DNA from: an uncultured virus (IMG/VR IMGVR_UViG_3300020407_000003) | Taxonomy: Duplodnaviria > Heunggongvirae > Uroviricota > Caudoviricetes | Strand: one strand, 5' to 3' | IMG/VR virus record: IMGVR_UViG_3300020407_000003 | Span: 1 to 64,000 of that record | DNA length: 64,000 nt | In this document: piece by piece, positions 48,438 to 57,776 of the stretch | Layout of the letters: every line of letters starts with the position of its first letter | How positions within the stretch are numbered: position 1 is the first letter of the stretch | Notes under the pieces: model-generated | The model's input: only the letters and a program-made list of their open reading frames with translations | What the model was told of the DNA's origin: nothing | The model's database searches: none | Program-made: the position numbers and the translations under genes

Positions 48438-50350
48438 TATCTGTTTACAGGATGTTCAATCCCTTTCTCTTTGGTAAATTCAGCAAGTAGCGTATTCATA
48501 CTCGGCATGGATAACACTTCCCTACACACCTCTACTGCATTAGTCTGAGCAGCCGTCATGTTAATAGCAGCACGTCTATATACATCTTCACTCTTACCTT
48601 GTATACGACAAAACTCTAAGATAGTAGTCTCACGTGAGGCGTTAGTAATGATGCCGATGTTTGGATAACCTGCTGCAACGTCTAAGTCAGATACTGCAAC
48701 AGATAACCCTGTTTCAATGGACGGGTCTTCTTCTATAAGGTTAAGACCACGCTTGTGAATCAAATGACTAGGTAGGGTACAGATCCATCCTTGTAGTGAG
48801 GGTAGTAGATGATCTACCTCAGCTACCATCTCATTACTCGTTGAACCCATTACCTTGTTCTCTTCTTCTTCACAGACGAAATGTAAATCATCAGCCAAAC
48901 GTCTAGGAGTAGAAGGAAACTTAATAATATCAGAGTGACCTAGCAAGATGCGCATCTTCTTAATATCAGTCTGGTCCTCATCTAGCAACTCAACGGCAAT
49001 GCAGTCAAAGGCGTTATAGATAAGGTATTCAGCAGGGTAGTTAGTCTGCATGAATTGATGCCATTCTAAACCTTTGTATGCATCAGCTTCTTCAAACTTC
49101 AATTTAGATAAGTTCAGATGCCTACCTAAGATAGCATCTAAGCTATAAGATGGTTGTTGGGCTTCGGTTACACGTAGTTTCTTATAAAGACACATAGAGT
49201 CAATAAAGTAAAAGCTAGCAGGTGCTATGACGCTATGCCATAAATCTGCAACGTGCTGCGAGTAGGTCTTACCATCCGCCTTGGTCTTCTGTAATTGCCC
49301 TTCTTTATACTTAAAGTATTTGTACTCAGGTGGGATCTTAGGATCACTGAAGACGTATGCAGGATCTTGATTGTGACGCTTGCACGACTCTATCATCTTT
49401 GGAATATCAAAGTTCATGTTCCATATTAAGATAAAATCAGGACGCCACGCATGTGCCCTATCTAATAGCGCTTTTGTTACACCAAAGTCATTATCAACAA
49501 CTTCAATTTCTAACTTGATGTTGCGTTCTTTCTTATATTTTTCCAAATAAAGATCAAACAACCCGTCCACGATAGAAACCGCATCTCCTTGTATTCTGTC
49601 AGCGAAGCGTTTAGTCACTGCAATGAACACTTTATCTTTCATGGTTAATGAACCAGATATAATAGGCTGTTCGTAAGGTTTGCGCTCTGCCTGTAAGCTA
49701 ACAATTTCATCACGTGCTAGTTTTAACTGCTCGCTGATACGTTTGGCCTGCTTAGCCCCTTTCTTATCTTTATTAGCTTCTTCAAGCTGCATACGCATGA
49801 AATCCATACGACGCTGTACTTCACCTATCTTATCGTCATACTTAAGACACATGGCTTTGTCATCTGGATGTAGATGATCAAAAACAGTATTGGTTTCTAA
49901 ATCCAGTACCGCGTTGTCAGCGTCATAACGCGCATCGTTATACTCTGGGTAGTCTTTCATGTATTTGTGTTTTACTAACACAGTAGGCATGATATCCGTA
50001 CCGTAAACATACGGGCTTTGGTTCAACATACCCAGATGTCCCATACCTGGCGTTCTACCCAACGCCATCGCGACTTTATCAGCTAGCAGTACTTGAGTAG
50101 ACTCGTAACGCTGGACACGGTTACGCTCTTCCCATTCTTTTTTCTCGTGATGTGTCTGATAGCCCTCTCGTGTAATATAGAAGGCTTTCTTTACATTAAT
50201 CTTCGGTACCATGCGCGATATGCGTCTGCCATCTTTTAAATGTACACGTTCTTTTACTAACACCAAGTCATCGCGACGTGTGTGTTGATTAACAAAATAA
50301 TTAGCGTGAATACACTCAATTCCAGCAATATCGTCTTTTGTTATACCCAT
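48437..50350 (-). CDS. Split family-B DNA polymerase, 3'-5' exonuclease subunit (phiKZ gp82-like)
   Basis: ExoI DLE, ExoII WNMNFD, ExoIII YNAFD, SYSLD, C-terminal motif A-like DLDVAAGYPN; AAGGAG RBS before ATG 50350. Confidence 0.87.
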   Translation of the reverse strand: MGITKDDIAGIECIHANYFVNQHTRRDDLVLVKERVHLKDGRRISRMVPKINVKKAFYITREGYQTHHEKKEWEERNRVQRYESTQVLLADKVAMALGRTPGMGHLGMLNQSPYVYGTDIMPTVLVKHKYMKDYPEYNDARYDADNAVLDLETNTVFDHLHPDDKAMCLKYDDKIGEVQRRMDFMRMQLEEANKDKKGAKQAKRISEQLKLARDEIVSLQAERKPYEQPIISGSLTMKDKVFIAVTKRFADRIQGDAVSIVDGLFDLYLEKYKKERNIKLEIEVVDNDFGVTKALLDRAHAWRPDFILIWNMNFDIPKMIESCKRHNQDPAYVFSDPKIPPEYKYFKYKEGQLQKTKADGKTYSQHVADLWHSVIAPASFYFIDSMCLYKKLRVTEAQQPSYSLDAILGRHLNLSKLKFEEADAYKGLEWHQFMQTNYPAEYLIYNAFDCIAVELLDEDQTDIKKMRILLGHSDIIKFPSTPRRLADDLHFVCEEEENKVMGSTSNEMVAEVDHLLPSLQGWICTLPSHLIHKRGLNLIEEDPSIETGLSVAVSDLDVAAGYPNIGIITNASRETTILEFCRIQGKSEDVYRRAAINMTAAQTNAVEVCREVLSMPSMNTLLAEFTKEKGIEHPVNR

Positions 50351-50416
50351 GGGTGAAGGCTCCTTAATTAACACGGCTATACTATTTCTATGACGTGTTA
50401 TTAATAAAATATAGGA

Positions 50417-51796
50417 TTGACCGTGAGAAAAGTATTATTAGATAATTTATTAAACGAGCAATCTAACGTTGCCGTTGAGTCCCCATCTAAGGGCGAGGTA
50501 TTGTCGCTACTATCAGAGGCAGCATTCACCAATGCAGAAGTTGCATATATGGGTGTGGAAGATAGCCAGTTTGATATTGAGAGGCTAGTAGATATCGCTG
50601 CAGGTCTTGAATCCATTAACGAGTCTCTCCCTGTAAATGAGATTGACGATGTAGTGTTGGCAGGTGTAAACGCCGTAGTAGGCGAGGTTGGTCTGGAGGC
50701 CAAGGGTGTAGTAGAGGATATAAAAGAAACCATACGTCGAGTATGGCGGGCTATAATCGGAGCTATACGCAAGGGTGTCAGACAGGTCAAGATCTGGCTA
50801 AAGGTACTTTTTGATGGAACAGAAAAGTTTAAACAACACGTCGATATGCTTAGCGGTAAGATCACTACCCTTGCCAAGATACCAAAAGACAAAAAAGATA
50901 TCACCGCACCTTTAGTTTCGGGCGCGTTAGATATTGATGGAGAGATTAGCCCAGTATTGATTAAAGACCGATTATCGCTAGTTACCCCACTGTTCAGTAA
51001 GCAAATGGTAGCAAATGTAGAGGCTATTACTGCAATGGTAGAGGGGATGGCTGGTGTAGACGTCACTAATATCAAAGAAGACTCTGTCTCTACTGACTCC
51101 TATAGGGTCAAGAAAAAGGTCAGTCAGGTTTTAGGTGGGATTGTTTTATCGAAGAAAGACTTACCTATCAAAGATAGAATTATGAATAACTTGTTTCCAA
51201 CCACCCCCATTGTTTCAGATTTATTTGAGTTCGCTGATAGCGCACGTCAGATTCATTCGACTGAGACATTGCCGGGTAATAAGGCGTTTTATGTCCTGTC
51301 AAGTCGCTTTATGGGCAAGCATGAGAAAATAAAAGTTGATAGCGGTGCGTTAAATTTCTTAGGGCGTTTAGGTAGTTTATCTTTGATAAATCCCGGGATT
51401 AAGTTTAAAGAAAACAAGCTCCCTGTATTGACTATTGCTGAGATGACCGACCTTTGTAACTTTGTGTCTTCAAAATTAGACGATGTCATTTATTTCAACG
51501 ACTATTACACTAAACGTTCTTTGAAATCGTCAGAGAAAATGTTTGACGCTGTCGATAAATTGTCAAAAGACATTTACGATAAAATTGACGATGAAGATAA
51601 TGCCATTACCGCGCAAGATGTATTTAGACATATATCTGGTATAAGTCGAGAAGTATATGGCCTTAGCGGCGCTGTTACTCTAGACGTTGTCCGTTATACC
51701 GTTAAAACTTGTCGAAGCATAATTAAATATGTTGAGCTATCTTCAACTCGCTATGAAGATGATCTTGACGAAAGCACGCTATTAGAGAGTAAATAA
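50417..51796 (+). CDS. Virion head/inner-body family protein
   Basis: DIAAGLES and GLE sites, ETIRRVWRAI helix; paralogue of 61420. Confidence 0.7.
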   Translation: MTVRKVLLDNLLNEQSNVAVESPSKGEVLSLLSEAAFTNAEVAYMGVEDSQFDIERLVDIAAGLESINESLPVNEIDDVVLAGVNAVVGEVGLEAKGVVEDIKETIRRVWRAIIGAIRKGVRQVKIWLKVLFDGTEKFKQHVDMLSGKITTLAKIPKDKKDITAPLVSGALDIDGEISPVLIKDRLSLVTPLFSKQMVANVEAITAMVEGMAGVDVTNIKEDSVSTDSYRVKKKVSQVLGGIVLSKKDLPIKDRIMNNLFPTTPIVSDLFEFADSARQIHSTETLPGNKAFYVLSSRFMGKHEKIKVDSGALNFLGRLGSLSLINPGIKFKENKLPVLTIAEMTDLCNFVSSKLDDVIYFNDYYTKRSLKSSEKMFDAVDKLSKDIYDKIDDEDNAITAQDVFRHISGISREVYGLSGAVTLDVVRYTVKTCRSIIKYVELSSTRYEDDLDESTLLESK

Positions 51797-51797
51797 C

Positions 51798-53099
51798 ATG
51801 AATCGCTTATCCCAGTTTTTTAATGTCTCAAACGAGGCAATCGACCATCAGTTTAACGGCGTCTTTAAGGCTGCTGTTATTAAACACATTAACACCCTAC
51901 GTGCAGGTACTTTACCTAAGGTAGGTGACGTTGATACCCAGTTAACTAAGATCATCAAAACCCACACCGGTAAGGGTAACGAAGGCTTAAACATAGGTGT
52001 TAAGTTTGTTGAAGGTTTAAATGCATTTATTAACCTGCCTGACTTAAGCGCTAACAACCCGATTGTAAATGAATGGCGTCGTGGACCATGGATGAATAAG
52101 AAAGGCTTAGAACTTATTAAAGCATCTAATAAAGCCCCTATGGGTGAAGTTGATCTTAATCGAGGTCATGTTTCAGGTGTATTCTCAGAAACCACCCAAA
52201 CCCTTCACTTAGGGTTAGAGTTATTTAAACACCCTTTGGTCGCGCTTAACGATGAAGAACTTGCCGCTTATGTATTTCACGAGATAGGTCATGTCTTCAC
52301 TTACTACGAGATGATAGCAAAGACAACGTCAACTAACTACATCATTCGTGGTACACTTGAACAATTGGATACCAGCAGCGATAGAAAACAACGCATTCAG
52401 CTATATAAAGACGTTGAATCAATTGCCGGGTTAGATTTAGGCAACCTGGACGAGTTAGCTGATTTGAATGATCGAAAAGCAGTAGCCATTACGCTGGTTG
52501 ATCGCATAGATAAAAGCACACGTCAAGAAATCAGTTATAGTGAATACGATACCACTGGTGCTGAATCACTTGCTGATCAATACGCCGCTCGACATGGTCT
52601 TGCATTAGCGTTGGTTACAGGTCTTGACAAAGTTTCACGTGTTAGCGGTAACCCTAGCTTTCTAGCAACCCGCACCCAGGTGTTTGTCAAAATAGGCGTG
52701 TATTCTACCATGCTAGTCACTGCTATGGTCTTACCTATTGTTGGCCTGCCCATCCTAACATTATTCCTAGCCGTTAGAACGTTAGTTGCTTTAACTGGCG
52801 TACAGGAATATGATGAATTGCCACAGCGCTATAAGCGCATACGCCATCAGCTAGTAGATGGTCTTAAGAAAGTTAAAGATGATACTATCGCTAAGTCTAT
52901 CACGGCAGACATCGCCCAGATCGACCAAGCCATCGAGCAGGTAAACGAGCATCCATCTTTTGCAATGTTCATCATGAACCACCTTATCCCTAGTAAGAAA
53001 GCGGCTAGCCGTTCTAAACTGTTCCAGCAGGATCTAGAAGCGATGCTGGCTAACGATCTATTCATTAAAGCCGTCGAGCTTAAACAAGTAAACGTCTAA
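51798..53099 (+). CDS. Virion-cluster protein with zinc-metalloprotease motif and transmembrane segment
   Basis: EELAAYVFHEIGH, ESLADQYA, hydrophobic stretch at about aa 295-333. Confidence 0.65.
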   Translation: MNRLSQFFNVSNEAIDHQFNGVFKAAVIKHINTLRAGTLPKVGDVDTQLTKIIKTHTGKGNEGLNIGVKFVEGLNAFINLPDLSANNPIVNEWRRGPWMNKKGLELIKASNKAPMGEVDLNRGHVSGVFSETTQTLHLGLELFKHPLVALNDEELAAYVFHEIGHVFTYYEMIAKTTSTNYIIRGTLEQLDTSSDRKQRIQLYKDVESIAGLDLGNLDELADLNDRKAVAITLVDRIDKSTRQEISYSEYDTTGAESLADQYAARHGLALALVTGLDKVSRVSGNPSFLATRTQVFVKIGVYSTMLVTAMVLPIVGLPILTLFLAVRTLVALTGVQEYDELPQRYKRIRHQLVDGLKKVKDDTIAKSITADIAQIDQAIEQVNEHPSFAMFIMNHLIPSKKAASRSKLFQQDLEAMLANDLFIKAVELKQVNV

Positions 53100-53109
53100 G
53101 GACCCCAAC

Positions 53110-53550
53110 ATGAAACAATTAAAGAAGTCCGCCATGCTAATTGGTGAATTTACGCAACTATTCAACGGTTGTTCAATTGCACCACAAGAGCGTAAGGCGG
53201 TAATGACGCTAGGTATTGCTCGATATGTAGGCTACGAGTGTGAACTGCCTACTAGTGAAGTACATAACACACGTACGTACTTCCTTGAAACCTACAAACA
53301 TGAAGTGGATGAATTCCTATCATCGCTTAATGAACAGTTTGTTATCGATGTGGCGGCGGCAAGTGATCTGGCATTTAAAATCTGGACAACGCGCTATAAC
53401 CTAGTGTTCCATCCTCGTTCTTTATCACTTGAAACGTTGATGTCAATGCATAGTAGCAAAACGTTCAGCGACGTTGAATACAAAGAGAAGTGGAATACCT
53501 TCGCCGTACGTCTTGGTTCAACGCTGGCAAACTTCACCCAAGCGGAGTAA
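53110..53550 (+). CDS. Conserved hypothetical/virion protein
   Basis: AAGGA RBS, 146 aa, in structural operon. Confidence 0.65.
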   Translation: MKQLKKSAMLIGEFTQLFNGCSIAPQERKAVMTLGIARYVGYECELPTSEVHNTRTYFLETYKHEVDEFLSSLNEQFVIDVAAASDLAFKIWTTRYNLVFHPRSLSLETLMSMHSSKTFSDVEYKEKWNTFAVRLGSTLANFTQAE

Positions 53551-53553
53551 ACT

Positions 53554-54825
53554 ATGTTAGTACCTTTAGACGATCATGCGCTAATAGATGACGAACGTGT
53601 TGTTACGAGTCTTACACAACAAGCGGTGGAAGGTATTTGTTTGTTAAAAGAAATAACAAACAGACTAAACAAGGAAGGAGCGTCTCAAGAGATAGCCATC
53701 ATGATTGAGTCTATCGATCCAGAGGCCCTCCCTGAACGTTACCCACGTGAAAGCTTTACACAGGACCCATCACCTACCAACTTAGCAGTTGCGCTTGAGA
53801 GCGCCGTACAGGCTGCTTTAAAGGCGGTGAACAAAGCAGCGAAGGCTGTCATTGAATTTATTGTTAAACTTTATAACGCCGTTCTTGAGGCTATCTCTAA
53901 ACTATTTGATAAAGTAGCCAGGGTAGTCAAAGGTCAAAAGCGTGCTGATGAGTTACAAGCCAAAAGCAATGAGATGGGTGCGGAGTTAGACGGTGAAGCC
54001 ATTGAAGGCTATAAGCCGGAAGACGGTAGCTACCAGTTAAACGACCGTGTTGAATTTGACGATGGTGAATACAAGCTCACTTTACATTACGACATTATTA
54101 AAGAAGCATTGTCTCCTCTAGTAGTTCGTGTGTTTGAGCAAAACTTGACACCAGGTATCATTCAACAAAACATCATTGCCGCCTTACAAGATGCTAAGAG
54201 CACTAATGCGCGTTACGAGCAGTTTGTAGAAGTTGTTAATAACTTTAATGACGATCCAACTGATGCGACTTTGCAAGAGTTAGTAAGCTGGCTACGTAAT
54301 GAAGAAGAGCGTGAACATTTCCATGATATTAAACCATTAGCAGCTTTGGTAGATCAAGATAAAGATCTACATAAAGACTTACCTAATCTAATGGGTCATG
54401 GTTTGGGTCCGGTTATCACCTTGTTAAATCAAGAAGATAAAATGCGTTACGAGGGTGAAGCGGCAACTGACCCTATTTTTAAACGCATGGTGCGTAGTCG
54501 CTACGACCTTGAGCAACTTTCTGCGTTTGGTGATTTTGAAAAACAAATCAAGAAGCTAGACAAAGGTATCAATGGTATCCATAAATCCACCTTTACATTA
54601 GTTGAGCGTGGATGGTCACCTGAGGTCAGAGAGAAAGTACAACAGTCAGTGAATATCTATCTAGAGTATTTCAGAAACCGCAGTCGTTTCAATACCCAGA
54701 TCGTTACTACATGCGCTGTTGTGGTTAATGCGTTAACACGCTTTACACATGCTCAGCAACAGTTTGAAAGTAAACTCTACGGTGAACTACTCACTGTAAA
54801 AGAACTTTACAAAATGGCCACTTAG
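53554..54825 (+). CDS. Putative virion head protein
   Basis: SFTQDPSPTNLAVALES cleavage-type segment followed by an amphipathic helix. Confidence 0.65.
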   Translation: MLVPLDDHALIDDERVVTSLTQQAVEGICLLKEITNRLNKEGASQEIAIMIESIDPEALPERYPRESFTQDPSPTNLAVALESAVQAALKAVNKAAKAVIEFIVKLYNAVLEAISKLFDKVARVVKGQKRADELQAKSNEMGAELDGEAIEGYKPEDGSYQLNDRVEFDDGEYKLTLHYDIIKEALSPLVVRVFEQNLTPGIIQQNIIAALQDAKSTNARYEQFVEVVNNFNDDPTDATLQELVSWLRNEEEREHFHDIKPLAALVDQDKDLHKDLPNLMGHGLGPVITLLNQEDKMRYEGEAATDPIFKRMVRSRYDLEQLSAFGDFEKQIKKLDKGINGIHKSTFTLVERGWSPEVREKVQQSVNIYLEYFRNRSRFNTQIVTTCAVVVNALTRFTHAQQQFESKLYGELLTVKELYKMAT

Positions 54826-54826
54826 A

Positions 54827-54880
54827 CAGCATAAAAGCCTAACCACCCGGCCTCACGGCTAGGTGGTTAGCTTATGCCGT
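54827..54880. terminator. Bidirectional terminator flanked by inverted TATGC motifs
   Basis: CAGCATAAAA, then CTAACCACC...GGTGGTTAG stem, then CTTATGCCGT. Confidence 0.8.
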
Positions 54881-54881
54881 A

Positions 54882-57773
54882 TTATTGATGTAAGATAAAG
54901 TTGATAGTGATGTCATCCACCACCGTCAGCGTACCATCCGTTGATAATGACAAACGATTTGCAATAGTGCTGATACCGTTAGCATCTAACACTGTATACG
55001 CATCGATGTTATTATCAGGACCTAAACCATCGATGGCGACTGATACAACCTCAGAACCGCCTGCAGTTAGAAGTGCACGTTCAATACCTAAGGTAGTTAC
55101 CGTGTCATTGTCTAAAGCTTCAGCTATCAGCGTACGTGTCTGGCGCTCGATGGCATTTCTTAGATCACTGTTCCCACTGCCATCTGCTGTCATGTAGTAC
55201 GTCACCACAAAGCTCTGAGCGGCTGGAATAGTCTGTTTTATCCCATCACTCACTGTGATAGTTAAATCACCTAGCGTCTGACGTGGTGCAAAGCTAATAT
55301 CTGTACGTTCAAGCAGCAAATCATCTAAACTAGCGATGTCTTCTTCCAAATACTTAATAATAGTATCAGGAATGCTGTCGCGATAAGTTACTACATCGCT
55401 AGCTGTTGCAAAGCGATACTTAGCGTCAAAGCATACTAGCGTAATGACGTTATTAATAGCACGTTCATTATCAATGATGGGGTTGCCGTTATTATCTAAC
55501 TTAGTCTCACCTGCCCGATGGCGGATGATCGGACTACCATCTTTTAATACCAACTCACCTTTGTTGTGCAGTAGATTAAACTTCACATTGCCTTCATCAT
55601 CCACGGTATAGGTTCTAGCCCCATACTCATCTACCTCGTAGACATCTTGGTCGTATTTTGCATAGACTGGCTCTTCATACGTCTCATAGCGTAATGATGA
55701 GACAATAGAACGTGAGTCTGAGCGCAGCAATGACATGGCTGTACCAAACTTAAAAGTAATACCTTCTTGCAATAAGCCAACGTAATTACCATCAAGCATA
55801 TTTACGTTAATTTGACCTGAGAATGCATTCACTTCTTGAGCGGTAGGTGTCGTACCTGTCAGAATGTAGGTTAGTCGTAACTCACTTACCAGATCAATGT
55901 AGTAAACCTGTAGATCTTCTTCGTACTGTTTAAATCCAGTCATGGCTATTCTATCTTCAACGGTTACATCAAAGTTAGTGGTTAGCATAAAAGAATACAC
56001 AGGACGATCGTCTACCAGCCCCTCATAGCGACCATGTTGTACACTTAAGTTGACATCGCCCGGTGGGTTAAAGCCTAACTGTAAGACAAGTTGACTAATG
56101 TCAATATCATCACCTAGATCACGTACATCTACGGTTACCAATAAACGATACCCTTCCTTAACACGTTCAAAAGACAACGCGTAGGTTGACGCTTGTTGTG
56201 TAATAAGGTTGTTATCTTCGTAGAAACGACGAGTAACAATAGATGGGTTATCTAAGTAATACGGCCTGCAATCAAACGCATTCTCAGTGGTGTCTAACAC
56301 ATAGTGAAACGGCGTGTACAAGAACGTATTGTTGTTCATGGCTGATATCAATGAGTCTGATGCTAATGACTCGTAGATTGCCTGCTCGTCTGAGGGCAGA
56401 TAGCGTAACAACCCATCGTCTAAGCGATATAGCGTATCAGGTCCAATGGTTAGTCTGTTGATATTATCATAACAGGTATCCAACTCAGCCAACGCCTGCA
56501 TGTTAACCTGCATGGTCCGCGTCAATGCACCAATAGGTGAAGTAAGCGATGACAGATTCGGTGACGGAAGTAGACGAGTGGCCTGGTAGATTCTATCTGT
56601 AACATTATCTAGACGCTTAACGACTTTATACCCCAAATCACTTAACGTTGTGGTTAGCGCAGTATCAGTAATAGGAACGTCTTGACGATTGTCATTATAA
56701 ATGACACGCTGTTTAAGTTCATCAATGGTTAGCGAGCCTCTACCATTTCGTGTTGTGTCTTCTGAGAAGATAGAGATATTAGCCAGCGAGCTAAGCGGTG
56801 CCACCCAAGGTGCGTTAGCAATATTGTCAATGTCACGCCACTCTACCGCATATTCGCTTGTTGGGAAGTTGTCCAGAATAAGGCTAAGTTCACCTTCCGT
56901 AGTATAGATATCAACCCGGATATTAGATTGCAGCAAAGCGCTGGTGTAATAGATCTCAGGGATTGTCACCGTTAATGACTGATCCGCTACTGTTAATAAT
57001 GCAGTGACCGTATCACTGGCAAATACTTGATCTGAATGCGTTGTGTGGATCTCAGTATAATTACCTTGACCGTCACCCATCCAAACACGCGCATGATAAA
57101 ACTGACCATTAAACGTATAACGCTGACTTAATCCAGTAGAGACGGTAGTAGCAAAGTATTTCGGTGTCAGGCGGAATTGGAACACTTGAGCATCAATACG
57201 TAAGTAATCTACTCCGCTAATATTAACAATCTCGCTGTCAACTACGTTAGTGGTCAATGTCTGCAGTGGGTTTTCTTCCGACGTATCGTAGAGTACCTGT
57301 ACTGCGTTGTTTTCCAATACACGAATATCAATCGGATAGTGTAATCCAAAATACGTTTCAGATACAACAAACACGGTATTACGCGGAATAGTAATCTTCC
57401 TTAAACCAGTATTACCATCTACTACTGCTTGAGAGACAATCTCTTCCTTACTAAATAACAAGCTAAAGGTAGCGGTCGAGGGAAGAGCAAAACGTCCAAT
57501 GTAATCTTCATCAGCCATATGGCGATAAAGGTCTTCTTCAGTCTCAGCTAAAGTAGGATACAGCTTACGTAAAGCAATATCATTTTGAATACCTGCAGAG
57601 GCGGCTTGTACGGCGGAGGCTTCTAACAGAAAGATAAACGGATTGGTAGGGTCAGTTAGATCGTAAGTGCCATCATACGCCTCTTCAAGCGCATCTAGCG
57701 TGGTGCGCTGAATGTTACCTGGATCAAAACGAAAACGACCCAGTTTAGACATTACGTTATTAAGCGTCGACAT
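54882..57773 (-). CDS. Baseplate wedge-like virion protein (phiKZ gp87-like)
   Basis: 963 aa; YPTLA...DLYRHM, ITIPRNTVF and GRGSLTIDELKQR patterns typical of T4 gp6/baseplate J-like proteins. Confidence 0.65.
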   Translation of the reverse strand: MSTLNNVMSKLGRFRFDPGNIQRTTLDALEEAYDGTYDLTDPTNPFIFLLEASAVQAASAGIQNDIALRKLYPTLAETEEDLYRHMADEDYIGRFALPSTATFSLLFSKEEIVSQAVVDGNTGLRKITIPRNTVFVVSETYFGLHYPIDIRVLENNAVQVLYDTSEENPLQTLTTNVVDSEIVNISGVDYLRIDAQVFQFRLTPKYFATTVSTGLSQRYTFNGQFYHARVWMGDGQGNYTEIHTTHSDQVFASDTVTALLTVADQSLTVTIPEIYYTSALLQSNIRVDIYTTEGELSLILDNFPTSEYAVEWRDIDNIANAPWVAPLSSLANISIFSEDTTRNGRGSLTIDELKQRVIYNDNRQDVPITDTALTTTLSDLGYKVVKRLDNVTDRIYQATRLLPSPNLSSLTSPIGALTRTMQVNMQALAELDTCYDNINRLTIGPDTLYRLDDGLLRYLPSDEQAIYESLASDSLISAMNNNTFLYTPFHYVLDTTENAFDCRPYYLDNPSIVTRRFYEDNNLITQQASTYALSFERVKEGYRLLVTVDVRDLGDDIDISQLVLQLGFNPPGDVNLSVQHGRYEGLVDDRPVYSFMLTTNFDVTVEDRIAMTGFKQYEEDLQVYYIDLVSELRLTYILTGTTPTAQEVNAFSGQINVNMLDGNYVGLLQEGITFKFGTAMSLLRSDSRSIVSSLRYETYEEPVYAKYDQDVYEVDEYGARTYTVDDEGNVKFNLLHNKGELVLKDGSPIIRHRAGETKLDNNGNPIIDNERAINNVITLVCFDAKYRFATASDVVTYRDSIPDTIIKYLEEDIASLDDLLLERTDISFAPRQTLGDLTITVSDGIKQTIPAAQSFVVTYYMTADGSGNSDLRNAIERQTRTLIAEALDNDTVTTLGIERALLTAGGSEVVSVAIDGLGPDNNIDAYTVLDANGISTIANRLSLSTDGTLTVVDDITINFILHQ

Positions 57774-57776
57774 GTA

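Noticed and set aside
49673..49885. Mini-intein in the DNA polymerase exonuclease subunit
   Set aside because: No C/S/A start, TxxH or terminal HN motifs; the segment looks like a coiled coil.
50401..51075. 224-aa minus-strand ORF and the many other short antisense or alternate-frame ORFs
   Set aside because: Shadows of well-supported genes; no RBS or recognisable motifs.
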